From: Nitrospiraceae bacterium
GTDB lineage: Bacteria > Nitrospirota > Nitrospiria > Nitrospirales > Nitrospiraceae
Reading direction: 5' to 3'
Assembly (NCBI GenBank): GCA_035573855.1
Contig: DATLZU010000026.1
Location: 3,392 to 67,391 of the forward strand
DNA: 64,000 bases
Shown in pieces: positions 1 through 9,767 of the stretch (positions are counted from its first letter, which is position 1; each line of letters begins with the position of its first letter). The notes under the pieces are model-generated. The model ran no database searches, had not been told where the DNA came from, and was given only the letters and a program-made list of their open reading frames with translations. Made by a program: the position numbers and the translations under genes.

Positions 1-564
1 GAACACGTCCTGCCATCCCCACTTCACCGCTTCCTCATACGCCTTCCGCGCGTCTTGGTGATAGCAGACGTGTTTGAGATGTTTTTCCGGGCTATGCACG
101 TCGATCGGCCTCGGCGCGACGTTCATGTCTCCGCACCAGATAGCCGGCTGCTCTGGCGACAGATGCTTGGCGAAGTAGCGACGGAGCCGGTCGAACCATC
201 GCAATTTATAGGCGTACTTCGGCGAGTCGATTTGGTATCCCTGGGGTACGTAGGTGTTGATGATCGGAATGCCACGGACGATGACTCGCATGAGCCGTGA
301 GTCGTCCGGATCTCCGTTGTCGTCGAACCCGTAGAAGACCGCATCCGGCTTGGTGCGACTCAGCACCGCTACGCCGTTGTACCCCTTGATCCCGCGAAAA
401 CTGACCGCATAGCCGGCTTCCGTCAGCGCCAGCAGCGGGAATTCTGCATCCTGCACCTTGGTCTCCTGCAGGCACAGCACGTCGGGTTTGTGCCGGTCGA
501 GCCAGTCCAGGACGATCGGTAAACGTTTCCGGATCGAGTTGACGTTGAACGTGGCGATCTTCAT
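1..564 (-). CDS. xthA: Exodeoxyribonuclease III (EEP family), C-terminus beyond left window edge
   Basis: My own translation of the minus strand from ATG (comp. 562-564) gives MKIATFNVNSIRKRLPIVLDWLDRHKPDVLCLQETKVQDAEFPLLALT..., with the ExoIII hallmark DVLCLQETK. It is absent from the ORF track because it has no stop inside the window. The listed 206..568 ORF is the wrong frame. Confidence 0.85.
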   Translation of the reverse strand, partial: MKIATFNVNSIRKRLPIVLDWLDRHKPDVLCLQETKVQDAEFPLLALTEAGYAVSFRGIKGYNGVAVLSRTKPDAVFYGFDDNGDPDDSRLMRVIVRGIPIINTYVPQGYQIDSPKYAYKLRWFDRLRRYFAKHLSPEQPAIWCGDMNVAPRPIDVHSPEKHLKHVCYHQDARKAYEEAVKWGWQDVF

Positions 565-628
565 GCACCGATCTGCTAAAAAACAGGAGTGATTGGATAG
601 CGCGCGGGAAGATGGCCGCGGCGAGCGT

Positions 629-1471
629 TCATTTCTTGGCCATCGCCGAGAGATACCCCCGCAGGATCGCCTGTTCGATGCGCGACCGGCCGCGGGCCGG
701 CGCCGGGAAACGCAGGTGCAGGTTGATGCGGCCCGGCTCGGGGATCTGCACAATCACGCGCGGGTCCAACGACGGCGCTTCCAACAGGTTCTTTTCCTCC
801 AAAGATTGCATGTGCCGCTTCGCGTCTTCGAGATACGGCGCGCACTCGGCTTTGGCGACCTCCAGCAGAACCTGTTCCGCTTTCTGCCACTCGTCCTCGC
901 TTCGCAACGGAACCGTTGTCACATGCAACACATACTCCTCGGTGTAGGTCTCATTGACCAACGGATGGGTGAAGAGAAGACTGTTGGGGAAGACCACGGC
1001 TCGACCGGTGGAAAGATGCGACGCCTGACCCGGCCCGATCTCCAACAGGGTCGTCGCAAACAGGTCCTGATCGAGCACGATGCCGCGATACCCGGCGATC
1101 TGAATGCGATCGCCCACCGAGTACGCGTTCGCTCCTGCACGCAACGCGGCCCCGCTGACGCAGAGGATCAGTTCCTTGGTGGCCAGGACCAGCGCCACCG
1201 CGATGGCGACCAGGGACACTGCAAAGGCCTGCAGCTCGTGGGCCCAGATGAAAAACAACCCCATCACGAAGACGAACGCGACCGTGTTGCGGACGGTCAC
1301 GATCCATCGCAGCTTGGAGTCCGTCGAGATGCGGGGATTTTTGGTGATGGACCGAACCAGGACGGCCCGCAGGATCAGAAGGACGAACAAGAGAGCCAGC
1401 GATTTCGCAACGTCGGCCAGGAAGGCACTGTCGAGGTTCGGAAACCATTGTTGGAGGAGACCCATAATCAA
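629..1471 (-). CDS. Mechanosensitive ion channel, MscS family
   Basis: 280 aa. Has N-terminal TM helices followed by an MscS beta-domain-like block (YSVGDRIQIAGYRGIVLDQDLFATTLLE). Confidence 0.8.
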   Translation of the reverse strand: MIMGLLQQWFPNLDSAFLADVAKSLALLFVLLILRAVLVRSITKNPRISTDSKLRWIVTVRNTVAFVFVMGLFFIWAHELQAFAVSLVAIAVALVLATKELILCVSGAALRAGANAYSVGDRIQIAGYRGIVLDQDLFATTLLEIGPGQASHLSTGRAVVFPNSLLFTHPLVNETYTEEYVLHVTTVPLRSEDEWQKAEQVLLEVAKAECAPYLEDAKRHMQSLEEKNLLEAPSLDPRVIVQIPEPGRINLHLRFPAPARGRSRIEQAILRGYLSAMAKK

Positions 1472-1538
1472 ATCATTCAGGCAGGGCGATTCAGCGAACG
1501 AGAGGGCGACGGCCGCCTGCCGCGGCGAGCGTCTCCTC

Positions 1539-2006
1539 CTATTGCGACGCCGCTTTCTCGTGGTTTCTCGGCACGCAATCTTCCCGTCTCCAACTCTTCA
1601 AGACCTTCGCTTCGTCAAAGGTGAGGACATAGCGGTAGCAGTAAAGCGTCTCACGCGCACCCTCGCCGCCGCCCTTGCCGATGAGTGCGGCGGCCTGCTG
1701 GGTCACATTCAATGCTCCCCTGGTCATGGTGTCGAGGCTCCAGGGACGCAACTCCTTATCGCTCATGGGAAACCGATAGGTCCACACACTCTCGCCGCCC
1801 AGCACGGGGGTCTTGGCAGTATGAGGTGGCCCGAGCTTCTCGGCGATCTCTTCCTGGGTGAGCCGGTTGATCCCCCGTTTCAAATAGGTGTCACGCCATG
1901 GCCCTCCACAGGCGGCCAGGATCAGGCACAGAAAGGGAATGAAGGCCCACAGGGCCACCGGCCAACTCGCTCGCTTCACTGGTTTGCTGGATCGCTGTCG
2001 CGTCAT
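1539..2006 (-). CDS. Hypothetical lipoprotein
   Basis: 155 aa. Signal peptide with lipobox (FLCLILAAC|GG). Its start overlaps the stop of the 2003..2236 ORF by 4 nt. Confidence 0.55.
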   Translation of the reverse strand: MTRQRSSKPVKRASWPVALWAFIPFLCLILAACGGPWRDTYLKRGINRLTQEEIAEKLGPPHTAKTPVLGGESVWTYRFPMSDKELRPWSLDTMTRGALNVTQQAAALIGKGGGEGARETLYCYRYVLTFDEAKVLKSWRREDCVPRNHEKAASQ

Positions 2007-2236
2007 GGCGTGTTCGAATCGTGTTTCTCCCTCATCCGTCGAAGCGTGCAGTACAGGGCGTACCCCTGCGCCATCATGCCGGTCACGAGCAACCCCAGGG
2101 CGGTTCTGAGCCAGATGGAATCCGGATGTTCCAATCCGTGCATGCCGCTGACGAATCCCAGGGCGATCGCGACAACGCCGACTGAACGGGCGATCGCGGC
2201 GCGTTGCCGAAAGTGTCGCTTTGGCTCTTCATCCAT
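2003..2236 (-). CDS. Small membrane protein (2 predicted TM helices)
   Basis: 77 aa with two hydrophobic stretches (VGVVAIALGFVSGM and ALGLLVTGMMAQGYALY). Overlaps the downstream lipoprotein start by 4 nt. Confidence 0.4.
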   Translation of the reverse strand: MDEEPKRHFRQRAAIARSVGVVAIALGFVSGMHGLEHPDSIWLRTALGLLVTGMMAQGYALYCTLRRMREKHDSNTP

Positions 2237-2279
2237 GGCGCGGCCGCGCCGGTACGCTACACCGGGTGCCTCCCGGACT

Positions 2280-3059
2280 TCAACCCAGCGGCTTGGCCAC
2301 GGACGCCCGGCTCTGCCTGCTCCGGATCGCGGCCGCCCGCTCTTCCAGTTTCACTGCCTCTTCCTCTCGCCGCGCCTTCCGCAGCAGAGCGGCATAGTCC
2401 TCCAGACTTTTGGCGACATCGGGGTGGTCCCCCCCCAGAGCCTTTTCTCTGATCGCCAGGGCCCGCTGATACAGCGGCTCGGCCTGCGCATAATGCCCCT
2501 GGGCCATGTGCAACCTCGCCAGGTTGCTCAAACTCAAGGCGACATCGGGATGGTCCCGACCGAGGACTTTTTCCTTGATCGTCAGGGCCCGCTCGAGGAG
2601 CGGCTCCGCCTGAGCGTATTGACCGTGCATCCGGTGCAGCACGCCCAGGTTATTGAGCGTCGCTGCCACGTCGGGATGTTCTTCCCCGTGCACGTCCTGG
2701 TAAATCTCGAGCGCTCGGAGATAGACCGGTTCCGCTTCCACATATTTGCCCTGCGCCGCATAGACCTGCGCTAACTGACTCAGCGTGACGGCGACGCGGC
2801 GATCCTTGCGCCCGAACGCCTCAGCCTTCACGACGGCGGCGGCATAAATGCGCTCGGCCTCGGCGTAATCGCCGCGCTGAATAGCCCGGTGGCCGGCCTG
2901 CATGGCGGACTCCCAGGTTTCCTGGGCGCAGGCGGACAGAGTGCACGCCAGCAGCCAAACCGCGTAAAACAGAAACGCCGTGCTCGGTCGCGCGCATAAT
3001 GCGAGGTTCTCCATAGACACGAACAACGCCTTTTCCGCTCGCTGCCTTCGGGCAGACAA
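2280..3059 (-). CDS. Tetratricopeptide repeat protein (TPR_12-like), probably exported
   Basis: 259 aa with repeated ...AEPLYQRALAIREKALGxDHPDVAxSLxNLAxLY... units. A later start at 3014 (MENLAL...LSAC) would give a lipoprotein-type signal. Confidence 0.8.
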   Translation of the reverse strand: MSARRQRAEKALFVSMENLALCARPSTAFLFYAVWLLACTLSACAQETWESAMQAGHRAIQRGDYAEAERIYAAAVVKAEAFGRKDRRVAVTLSQLAQVYAAQGKYVEAEPVYLRALEIYQDVHGEEHPDVAATLNNLGVLHRMHGQYAQAEPLLERALTIKEKVLGRDHPDVALSLSNLARLHMAQGHYAQAEPLYQRALAIREKALGGDHPDVAKSLEDYAALLRKARREEEAVKLEERAAAIRSRQSRASVAKPLG

Positions 3060-3306
3060 GGATCCTTTTTTGAGAACGGCGCGCCTCGCTTCCGGCGAGC
3101 ATGGTACACCATAGTCAACCCCGGTCGCTATCGCTGCTCGAAGGACAAGCGCTAGAGGTCATCGGGCGCACCGGCGCCCGGAGACGGACGAGAGATTCGG
3201 CTTCTTTCGCGCGCCGGACGGAGAGTGCGATCCGTCGGTCAGGCCGAAGACGATGTTTCTCGAAACGGTGCGGTGGAGGGACGGTTGGCGCTTTAAGTTC
3301 AATGGC

Positions 3307-3831
3307 TCACAAATAGCTCCAGCGAGAGAAAGTCGCAGCCTGACCCCGGCACACACCCGCCTGGTCGATGACGGTCCAGACGACGGCGTGCTCGACCAGG
3401 AACCGGCGGCCGCTGCGGGAGATACGCACGCCTCGATAGTCGTCGATGTAGCCCCGTGACGCCGCTTCGGCGAGCATGCGTTCCCGCTCGGCCCGCTCGC
3501 CAGGCTCGGCCGTGAGCCGCGACGGAGTCTTTGTCAACTGCTCCCACGTATATTCCCAGAGGTCTAAGGCCGCTTGGTTTCCATAATTGAGGACCGGATC
3601 GTCCTCCGTCCCGTGTGAGACAACCACGAACGGGGCCGTGAACAAGGCCCGCGCCTGATCCTCCGCCGTGCCCACCCGCTCCAGTAACTCGCGTCCGGTC
3701 CACCGGTAAAAACTATCCAGCAGCAACCGGCACCAGTTGATGAGGGCAGGCGATCTCCACTCCAGAGCAGTCCCCATGGTCGCCGTCTCGCGAACCGAAA
3801 AAGCGATGGGCGCGTGAGCCCTGGCGCTCAC
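3307..3831 (-). CDS. MEKHLA domain protein
   Basis: Contains APFVVVSHGTEDDPVLNYGNQAALDLWEYTWEQLTKTPSRLTAEP...YRGVRISRSGRRFLVEHAVVWTVID, which matches the bacterial stand-alone MEKHLA pattern. The true start may be M19 (3777). Confidence 0.7.
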   Translation of the reverse strand: MSARAHAPIAFSVRETATMGTALEWRSPALINWCRLLLDSFYRWTGRELLERVGTAEDQARALFTAPFVVVSHGTEDDPVLNYGNQAALDLWEYTWEQLTKTPSRLTAEPGERAERERMLAEAASRGYIDDYRGVRISRSGRRFLVEHAVVWTVIDQAGVCRGQAATFSRWSYL

Positions 3832-3878
3832 GCGGCCGTCGTACGTAGCACGCGCAGAGCGGCGGATTCAACACCCTG

Positions 3879-4430
3879 TCACGTTCCGCTCTTGCGGAGC
3901 TGCCGCACAAACAACGGCTGACCGTTCTTGCCCACCAGGGTCATGACGAGGTCTCCGCGCTTCATGAAGACCTGGTGCTCTTCGTCGTTCCGATCCTGCG
4001 TAATCGCGACGCAATGCCAAGTCTCCGCTGCGGCCGCGGCTCCCTTGGCCCGCACCGTCACCAGGCCGTCACGCTCGAAGCCGTACGTCACGACCGCCGG
4101 AATCGCCTGGAACATCTTGCCGGGATTTTCCCGGAACGGCTTGGGGGAATGCGCCGATTTCATGTTCCCGTCGGCAGTGAACTGAAACACCTGATACGGG
4201 AGCAGATAGGGCGCATTCGGGTCCTTGAACTCATAGGGCGTTGTGTACTTCACCAGGTGCCACGTCCCGACGAGATCATGGGCCTTGCAGAAGCGGGAAA
4301 AAGGGTTGCCCGCAGCGGCCCGTCCGGTCGCCGGCTTGGTCGCCCGACTCTCACCGGCGCCGGCGAACGCCGGTATCAACAGGACACCGACAAACAAAAC
4401 AGCTATCGTCATTCGTGTTCGCATTGCCAC
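3879..4430 (-). CDS. Secreted hypothetical protein
   Basis: 183 aa with an N-terminal Sec signal (MTIAVLFVGVLLIPAFAGA). I do not recognise a domain. Confidence 0.5.
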   Translation of the reverse strand: MAMRTRMTIAVLFVGVLLIPAFAGAGESRATKPATGRAAAGNPFSRFCKAHDLVGTWHLVKYTTPYEFKDPNAPYLLPYQVFQFTADGNMKSAHSPKPFRENPGKMFQAIPAVVTYGFERDGLVTVRAKGAAAAAETWHCVAITQDRNDEEHQVFMKRGDLVMTLVGKNGQPLFVRQLRKSGT

Positions 4431-4758
4431 TCCTCCCTTCGGTCCCGCCAGCGACCGATCGTTCGCTGGCCGTCGCTATCAAAAATAGCAAACGAATCTA
4501 AGCCGTCGGAAAATCAGGGCGAGCATTGAATCAGCCGGGCTCGGCGGCCGAACGGAGTCTGGACCGGGGAACAGGCGGGCTGGGTAGAAAGCGCGCGATC
4601 GCTGAACGATCCGGGCAGCCCACGGGCGCCGGGTGCACAAGACGACTTGACGTCGAGCGGCTCCGATGCGCACCATCATGGAGCCGCCGTCGGCGGTGGC
4701 CGCCTTGCGGCCACGACCACGACCTGCCGTTCACCGTGTTCAGAAGGCAGGAGAAGCG

Positions 4759-5220
4759 ATGCTAACTGTTCGCCCGGCGATGGAGAAGGACTTCGACTCC
4801 ATCCTCGAGATCCAACGGGAAGCCTTCGGCGAGTACGCCGGACTCTACGCCACCAGCGCCTGGACGACCGAGACCCTGGACGACCTGAAGCGGGACGCGC
4901 AGGAGAAGAAGATTCTCGTCGCGGAATGGGAGGGGACCGTGGTCGGCTCGGTGCGCTTCTGGGTGGTTGGGGGCGTCTGCGTCATCCGGCTGCTATCCGT
5001 CAAGCCTTCCCACCAAGGACGTGGGATCGGTCAGGCGCTGATGAGGGAAATCGAGCAAAGGGCGACGGGCGCCCACAAACTCTACGTCTGCACGATGCTC
5101 CGCACCTCCCGCAACGTGCACCTGTTCTTGAAGCTCGGGTACCGGCCCGAGTCGCTGCTGCCGAACCATTACAACCGGATGGACATGATCTGCTTCGCCA
5201 AGTATCCCCAAGGCCTATAA
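4759..5220 (+). CDS. GNAT family N-acetyltransferase
   Basis: Start moved to ATG 4759, which is preceded by AGGCAGGAGAAG. Acetyl-CoA motif: [20 protein letters not shown]. Confidence 0.8.
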   Translation: MLTVRPAMEKDFDSILEIQREAFGEYAGLYATSAWTTETLDDLKRDAQEKKILVAEWEGTVVGSVRFWVVGGVCVIRLLSVKPSHQGRGIGQALMREIEQRATGAHKLYVCTMLRTSRNVHLFLKLGYRPESLLPNHYNRMDMICFAKYPQGL

Positions 5221-5308
5221 CCGCCCGGCCGCCGCTTCCAGACTCTGCGGTGAAGCTGCTATACTACCGTTCTCGTTGCTTGATCGGTTCGCGTGTCGAG
5301 GTTTTTCA

Positions 5309-6713
5309 TATGTCCGGCAAGACCCTCTTTGAAAAGATTTGGGATGCGCATGTCGTGCGGCAAGAACCGGACGGCACGACCTTGCTGTACATCGACCGGC
5401 ATCTGGTCCACGAAGTGACTTCGCCGCAGGCCTTTGACGGCTTGAGACTGGCGGGTCGCCGCGTTCGCCGTCCGGGGGCGGTGCTGGCCGTGCCCGACCA
5501 CAATGTGCCGACTACCGACCGCCGCTTCGGGATCGCCGATCCGGTCAGCGCAAAACAGATTCACACGCTGGAGAAGAATTGCAAAGAGTTCGGCATCACG
5601 CTGTTCGGCATGAACGATGTGCGCCAGGGCATCGTCCATGTGATCGGGCCTGAGCAGGGCTTCACGCTTCCTGGCATGACCATTGTCTGCGGCGATTCTC
5701 ACACTTCCACACACGGCGCGTTCGGCGCGCTCGCCTTCGGGATCGGGACCAGCGAAGTGGAACATGTGCTGGCGACCCAGTGTTTGGTCCAGAAACGGCC
5801 GAAGACGATGGAAATCCGGGTGGACGGGAAACTCTCAGATCGCTGCTCGGCGAAGGATGTGATCCTGGCGATCATCGGCAAGATCGGAACGGCGGGCGGC
5901 ACCGGTTACGTGGTGGAGTACACCGGCTCGACGATCCGCGATCTGAGTATGGAAGGCCGCATGACCCTGTGCAATATGTCGATCGAAGCCGGGGCGCGAG
6001 CAGGCATGGTTGCACCGGATGACAAGACGATCGGGTACATCGAGGGGCGGCCGATGGCGCCGAGGGGCACCCTATTCCGCCAGGCCGTCGAGGCCTGGCG
6101 CCGGCTGGTGACCGACCCCGACGCGGTGTACGATCGGACGGTCCTCCTACAGGCCGAGGATATCGCTCCGCAAGTGACCTGGGGCACCAGCCCCGGCATG
6201 GTGGTCGGCGTGGACGGCAGAGTGCCGGACCCGAGCGAGATGCCCGACGAGAAAACCCGCAAGGCCGCCGAACGGGCGTTGGAATACATGGCGCTCAAAC
6301 CCGGCACGCCGATCACCGAGATCCGAATCGACAAGGTCTTTATCGGTTCCTGCACTAATTCCCGCATCGAGGATCTCCGGCTGGCCGCCGGTTTTGCCAA
6401 AGGCAAGAAGGTGGCGAAAGGTGTCCACGCCATGGTGGTGCCCGGGTCTGGGCTCGTGAAGCAACAGGCCGAGCAGGAAGGACTTGACCGGATCTTCAAG
6501 GATGCCGGTTTCGAATGGCGGGAGGCGGGCTGCAGCATGTGTCTCGCAATGAACGCCGATGTGTTGCAACCGGGCGAGCGCTGCGCCTCCACCAGCAACC
6601 GTAACTTCGAAGGCCGGCAGGGGGCGGGCGGCCGCACCCATCTGGTGTCGCCGGCGATGGCCGTGGCCGCCGCGATCGAAGGGCACTTTGTGGACATACG
6701 AAACTGGCCATGA
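5309..6713 (+). CDS. leuC: 3-isopropylmalate dehydratase large subunit
   Basis: From ATG 5309: [16 protein letters not shown]...[14 protein letters not shown]...[23 protein letters not shown]...[11 protein letters not shown]...CSMCLAMN. The upstream part of the 688-aa track ORF is a non-coding extension. Confidence 0.96.
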
Positions 6714-6717
6714 CCTG

Positions 6718-6765
6718 GAGTGCTGAGTGAGGAGTTGATCGAGCCGAACTCAGAACTCAGCACTC
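6718..6765 (+). other. Strong intercistronic hairpin between leuC and leuD
   Basis: GAGTGCTGAGT (6718-6728) pairs with ACTCAGCACTC (6755-6765). An inner GAGTT/AACTC stem lies at 6732-6736/6747-6751. It is followed by the AT-rich sequence CTTATAATATTTATT. Confidence 0.5.
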
Positions 6766-6789
6766 ACAACTTATAATATTTATTGGACT

Positions 6790-7413
6790 TTGAGGATGCA
6801 GCCTTTCAGGACGCACACCGGCCTCGTCGCCCCGCTGGATCGGGTCAACGTCGATACCGATCAGATCATCCCGAAGCAGTTCCTAAAGACGATCGAGCGG
6901 ACAGGACTGCGGGAAGGCCTCTTCTACGATTGGCGGAGAAAGCGCGACGGCTCCCCAGACCCCGACTTTTTCCTCAATCAGCCGCGATATCAGGGGGCGA
7001 CGATCCTGCTCACGCGCGACAATTTTGGTTGCGGTTCTTCGCGGGAACATGCGCCCTGGGCGCTGCTCGATCAGGGCTTCCGTTGCATCATTGCGCCCAG
7101 TTTTGCCGACATTTTTTACAACAACTGTTTTCAGAATGGCATCCTGCCGGTGGTGCTCAAACCCGACGAAGTGCAGGCGTTGTTCCAATCCGTCCTCGCC
7201 CGGCCCGGCTATCAGATCACCGTTGATCTTGCCGCGCAGACCGTCACCACTCCAGAAGGCGCGCGTTACTCTTTCGACGTGGATCCCTTCCGCAAGGACT
7301 GCCTCTACCGAGGACTCGACGCCATCGGCCTCACCTTGCAGCACGAGCCGGCCATCGCCGCCTACGAAGCCCGTCGCAAGACCGAGGCGCCCTGGCTATT
7401 TACGGATCTCTGA
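6790..7413 (+). CDS. leuD: 3-isopropylmalate dehydratase small subunit
   Basis: Contains [31 protein letters not shown]...[15 protein letters not shown]. Sits directly after leuC. Confidence 0.95.
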   Translation: MRMQPFRTHTGLVAPLDRVNVDTDQIIPKQFLKTIERTGLREGLFYDWRRKRDGSPDPDFFLNQPRYQGATILLTRDNFGCGSSREHAPWALLDQGFRCIIAPSFADIFYNNCFQNGILPVVLKPDEVQALFQSVLARPGYQITVDLAAQTVTTPEGARYSFDVDPFRKDCLYRGLDAIGLTLQHEPAIAAYEARRKTEAPWLFTDL

Positions 7414-7518
7414 CCTTCGAGGCGCCGACGGCCGACGAGCCCATGAGCCATCTTTTTATGGATCGCGCCGTCGCCGAAGGAGCCGAGCGAACATCCTTCA
7501 CCTGGGAACCCAATCCCG

Positions 7519-8316
7519 ATGCAACGAGAACTTGACCTGCTCCTAGACACGGTTCGGCTCGCCGGGACACGAGCTCTCGAACTGGCGCGCAACGGGTTCG
7601 ACACACACCGGAAGGCCGACCGGTCCCCCGTGACCTCGGTGGACCTGGAAGTCAATCGGCTGTTGCAAGAAAGGCTGCTAGGAGCCTTCCCAGACGACGG
7701 CTGGCTCTCGGAGGAAACGCCCGACAGTCCGGCCCGCTTGGAGAAGAAGCGGGTCTGGATCGTCGATCCGATCGACGGCACCAACGCCTTCATCAAGGGG
7801 TTGCCGGAATTCTGCATCTCGGTCGCTCTGGTGGAAGGCGATCAGCCGATCGTTGGCGCCGTCTTAAATCCCGTGACGAATGAACTGTTCACCGCCGTCC
7901 GCGGACAGGGATTCCGGCTGAACGGAAATCCACCACCACCGGCGAAGCCTGCCGGGCGACCGGTCATTCTGGTCAATCCCTGGGAACTCTCGACCGGCCG
8001 GTTCGACTCTTTGCGGGAAGTCGCTGTGTGCCGCCCGATGCACTCGATCGCCTATGCGTTAGTGCTGGTGGCTGCGGGGCGGGTCGACGCGGCACTCACG
8101 TTCGAGCGCGAGCATGAATGGGACCTGGCGGCCGGCGTGCTGCTAATCCAAGAGGCCGGCGGAACCGTGACGGACGGAGCCGGCAAACCGTTCCGTTTCA
8201 ACCAGCCGCGGCCGTCGATGCAAGGCACAGTGGCCGTGGCACCCGGGTCGGCCGGGCGAGTGGAGGTCCTCATCCACAGGCTGATGGCTCTGCAACGCAG
8301 CAAAACACGGACCTAA
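7519..8316 (+). CDS. Inositol monophosphatase family protein (SuhB/CysQ-like)
   Basis: Metal-binding motifs are present: WLSEE and WIVDPIDGTNAFIKGLPEF. Confidence 0.8.
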   Translation: MQRELDLLLDTVRLAGTRALELARNGFDTHRKADRSPVTSVDLEVNRLLQERLLGAFPDDGWLSEETPDSPARLEKKRVWIVDPIDGTNAFIKGLPEFCISVALVEGDQPIVGAVLNPVTNELFTAVRGQGFRLNGNPPPPAKPAGRPVILVNPWELSTGRFDSLREVAVCRPMHSIAYALVLVAAGRVDAALTFEREHEWDLAAGVLLIQEAGGTVTDGAGKPFRFNQPRPSMQGTVAVAPGSAGRVEVLIHRLMALQRSKTRT

Positions 8317-8331
8317 TCCTCCCTTCCCGCT

Positions 8332-8781
8332 TCATGAACGCGCAAATAAGTCCAGCACCATTCTCCGATGCGGAATGCCTGCGTCCAGGAAGACCTCGCC
8401 GATCGCCCGAAAGCCTTCCCGTTCGTAGAAGCCGATCGCCTGGGTCTGCGCGGCCAATTCGACCTTCGTGAGGCCGCGCTCACTCGCAACCTTGAGCAGC
8501 GCCCGGAGCATTGCCCGACCCACGCCGCGGCCTCTCCATTCCTTCAACACCGCCATGCGGCCGATCTTGCCCTCCGGCTGCAGGCGCGCGGTGCCGATCG
8601 CGATGCCGCTGTCATTCCGAGCCAGGATATGGAGACAAGCCGGGTCGAGGCCGTCCCATTCCAACTCCTCCGGCACGCCTTGCTCGCGCACAAACACGAG
8701 TTCGCGGATGCCGCGAATGATGGATTCCAATTCCTCCCATGTGACCAGCGTGATGCACGGTTGGAGCGGAGTCGCCTTCAT
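8332..8781 (-). CDS. GNAT family N-acetyltransferase
   Basis: 149 aa. Contains RMAVLKEWRGRGVGRAMLRALL and FYEREGF. Overlaps the upstream radical SAM gene by 4 nt. Confidence 0.8.
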   Translation of the reverse strand: MKATPLQPCITLVTWEELESIIRGIRELVFVREQGVPEELEWDGLDPACLHILARNDSGIAIGTARLQPEGKIGRMAVLKEWRGRGVGRAMLRALLKVASERGLTKVELAAQTQAIGFYEREGFRAIGEVFLDAGIPHRRMVLDLFARS

Positions 8782-9680
8782 GAGGAATCCTGCACCTGGA
8801 TATCCGGCAAGTCGCGGTGTGCGACATTGAATCCCGCCCGGCTGATGCCGACCCGGGCGTCGCCGAAGACCTGGCGGAACGTCTTGACGACCTCGTCAAA
8901 CGGTGCCAGCCCGGTCCAGGCGTTCCACCCGTTGGCGTTCAGCAGCATCGGCAATTTCGTCTGCTTGGTCCGCTGTCCCTCGCGACTGCCGTCGCCGAGG
9001 AGATAGTGATCGAGGACCACACGGTCGCAGGCCGCTTCGAGTTGTCGCGCGAAGGTCAATGGATCGTCCAGCGGGAGCAGGGGACTCACGGCGGCCACGG
9101 TGAGGAGTCCCGCCTGCCGTAGGGCGCGGAGAGCCGCGATCCGCGCGGCCGGCAGGTAGGCATGACGGGGGAACGGTGGCGGCAAGGCCTCCTTGTCCGT
9201 CTCCACCGTGATATTGATCTCCAGCCGGCACCGTTGGCGCAACGCGAGCAGGAGAGGGAGATCCTCGATGACCAGCGGAGTATGGGATTGGATTACCAGC
9301 CGATCCGGCGGCCGCGTGAGCATCTCCTCCAACAGGCGGCGCATCCGTCTCGCCGTGCGCTCCTGCGGCGGATAGGGCTCGGTCACGCTGGAGAGAAAGA
9401 TCCGAAGGGGCTTGGGTTCGCCGCGGACCGGCTGTTTCAGCCGATTGTACTGGGCCCGATAGGCCTCCACGAAGCCAGTCTTGACGTCCAAGAAGCGTCC
9501 CCACACGCGGCCCAGCGTGTGATGCGGATTCCATTGCGCATAACAGTAGAGGCCGCAGAGCGAGTTCCCCAAGGCGCACCCGCGGTACAAGTTGATCGTA
9601 TGGGTGAAACCCTCTCCCAGATAGCCGCCGGTGGGATTCAGAATGGTTCCGGTGGGAATCTCCCGAATCTGCATAGCCAC
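8778..9680 (-). CDS. Radical SAM-like protein (SplB/DNA-photolyase-like fold) with atypical Cys spacing
   Basis: 300 aa. The N-terminal region reads INLYRGCALGNSLCGLYCYAQW, where related proteins carry CxxxCxxC. TIM-barrel-like periodicity follows. Confidence 0.55.
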   Translation of the reverse strand: MAMQIREIPTGTILNPTGGYLGEGFTHTINLYRGCALGNSLCGLYCYAQWNPHHTLGRVWGRFLDVKTGFVEAYRAQYNRLKQPVRGEPKPLRIFLSSVTEPYPPQERTARRMRRLLEEMLTRPPDRLVIQSHTPLVIEDLPLLLALRQRCRLEINITVETDKEALPPPFPRHAYLPAARIAALRALRQAGLLTVAAVSPLLPLDDPLTFARQLEAACDRVVLDHYLLGDGSREGQRTKQTKLPMLLNANGWNAWTGLAPFDEVVKTFRQVFGDARVGISRAGFNVAHRDLPDIQVQDSS

Positions 9681-9767
9681 TCGCCTCCGTCTTGCCGCGC
9701 CGGCATGGGAAATCGGCTGGCCTATGGTACTATCACATGATCCGTCTTCATAGGGAGGGCGACACGC

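Noticed and set aside
1104-2774. 556-aa plus-strand ORF, with a similar one at 593..1624
   Set aside because: It runs antisense across three well-supported minus-strand genes (MscS, the lipoprotein, the TPR protein). Its composition is R/P/A-rich and low-complexity, typical of off-frame ORFs in GC-rich DNA. It has no recognisable domain.
4647-5308. N-terminal 220-codon extension of the leuC track ORF. The same issue affects 35626..37671 (ettA), 22023..23702 (protease), 40517..42193 (selO), 42728..42856 (dabB) and 27295..28785 (pmbA).
   Set aside because: Family N-termini begin at internal ATGs with SD sequences or ATGA coupling. The extensions overlap other genes or leaders and look non-coding.
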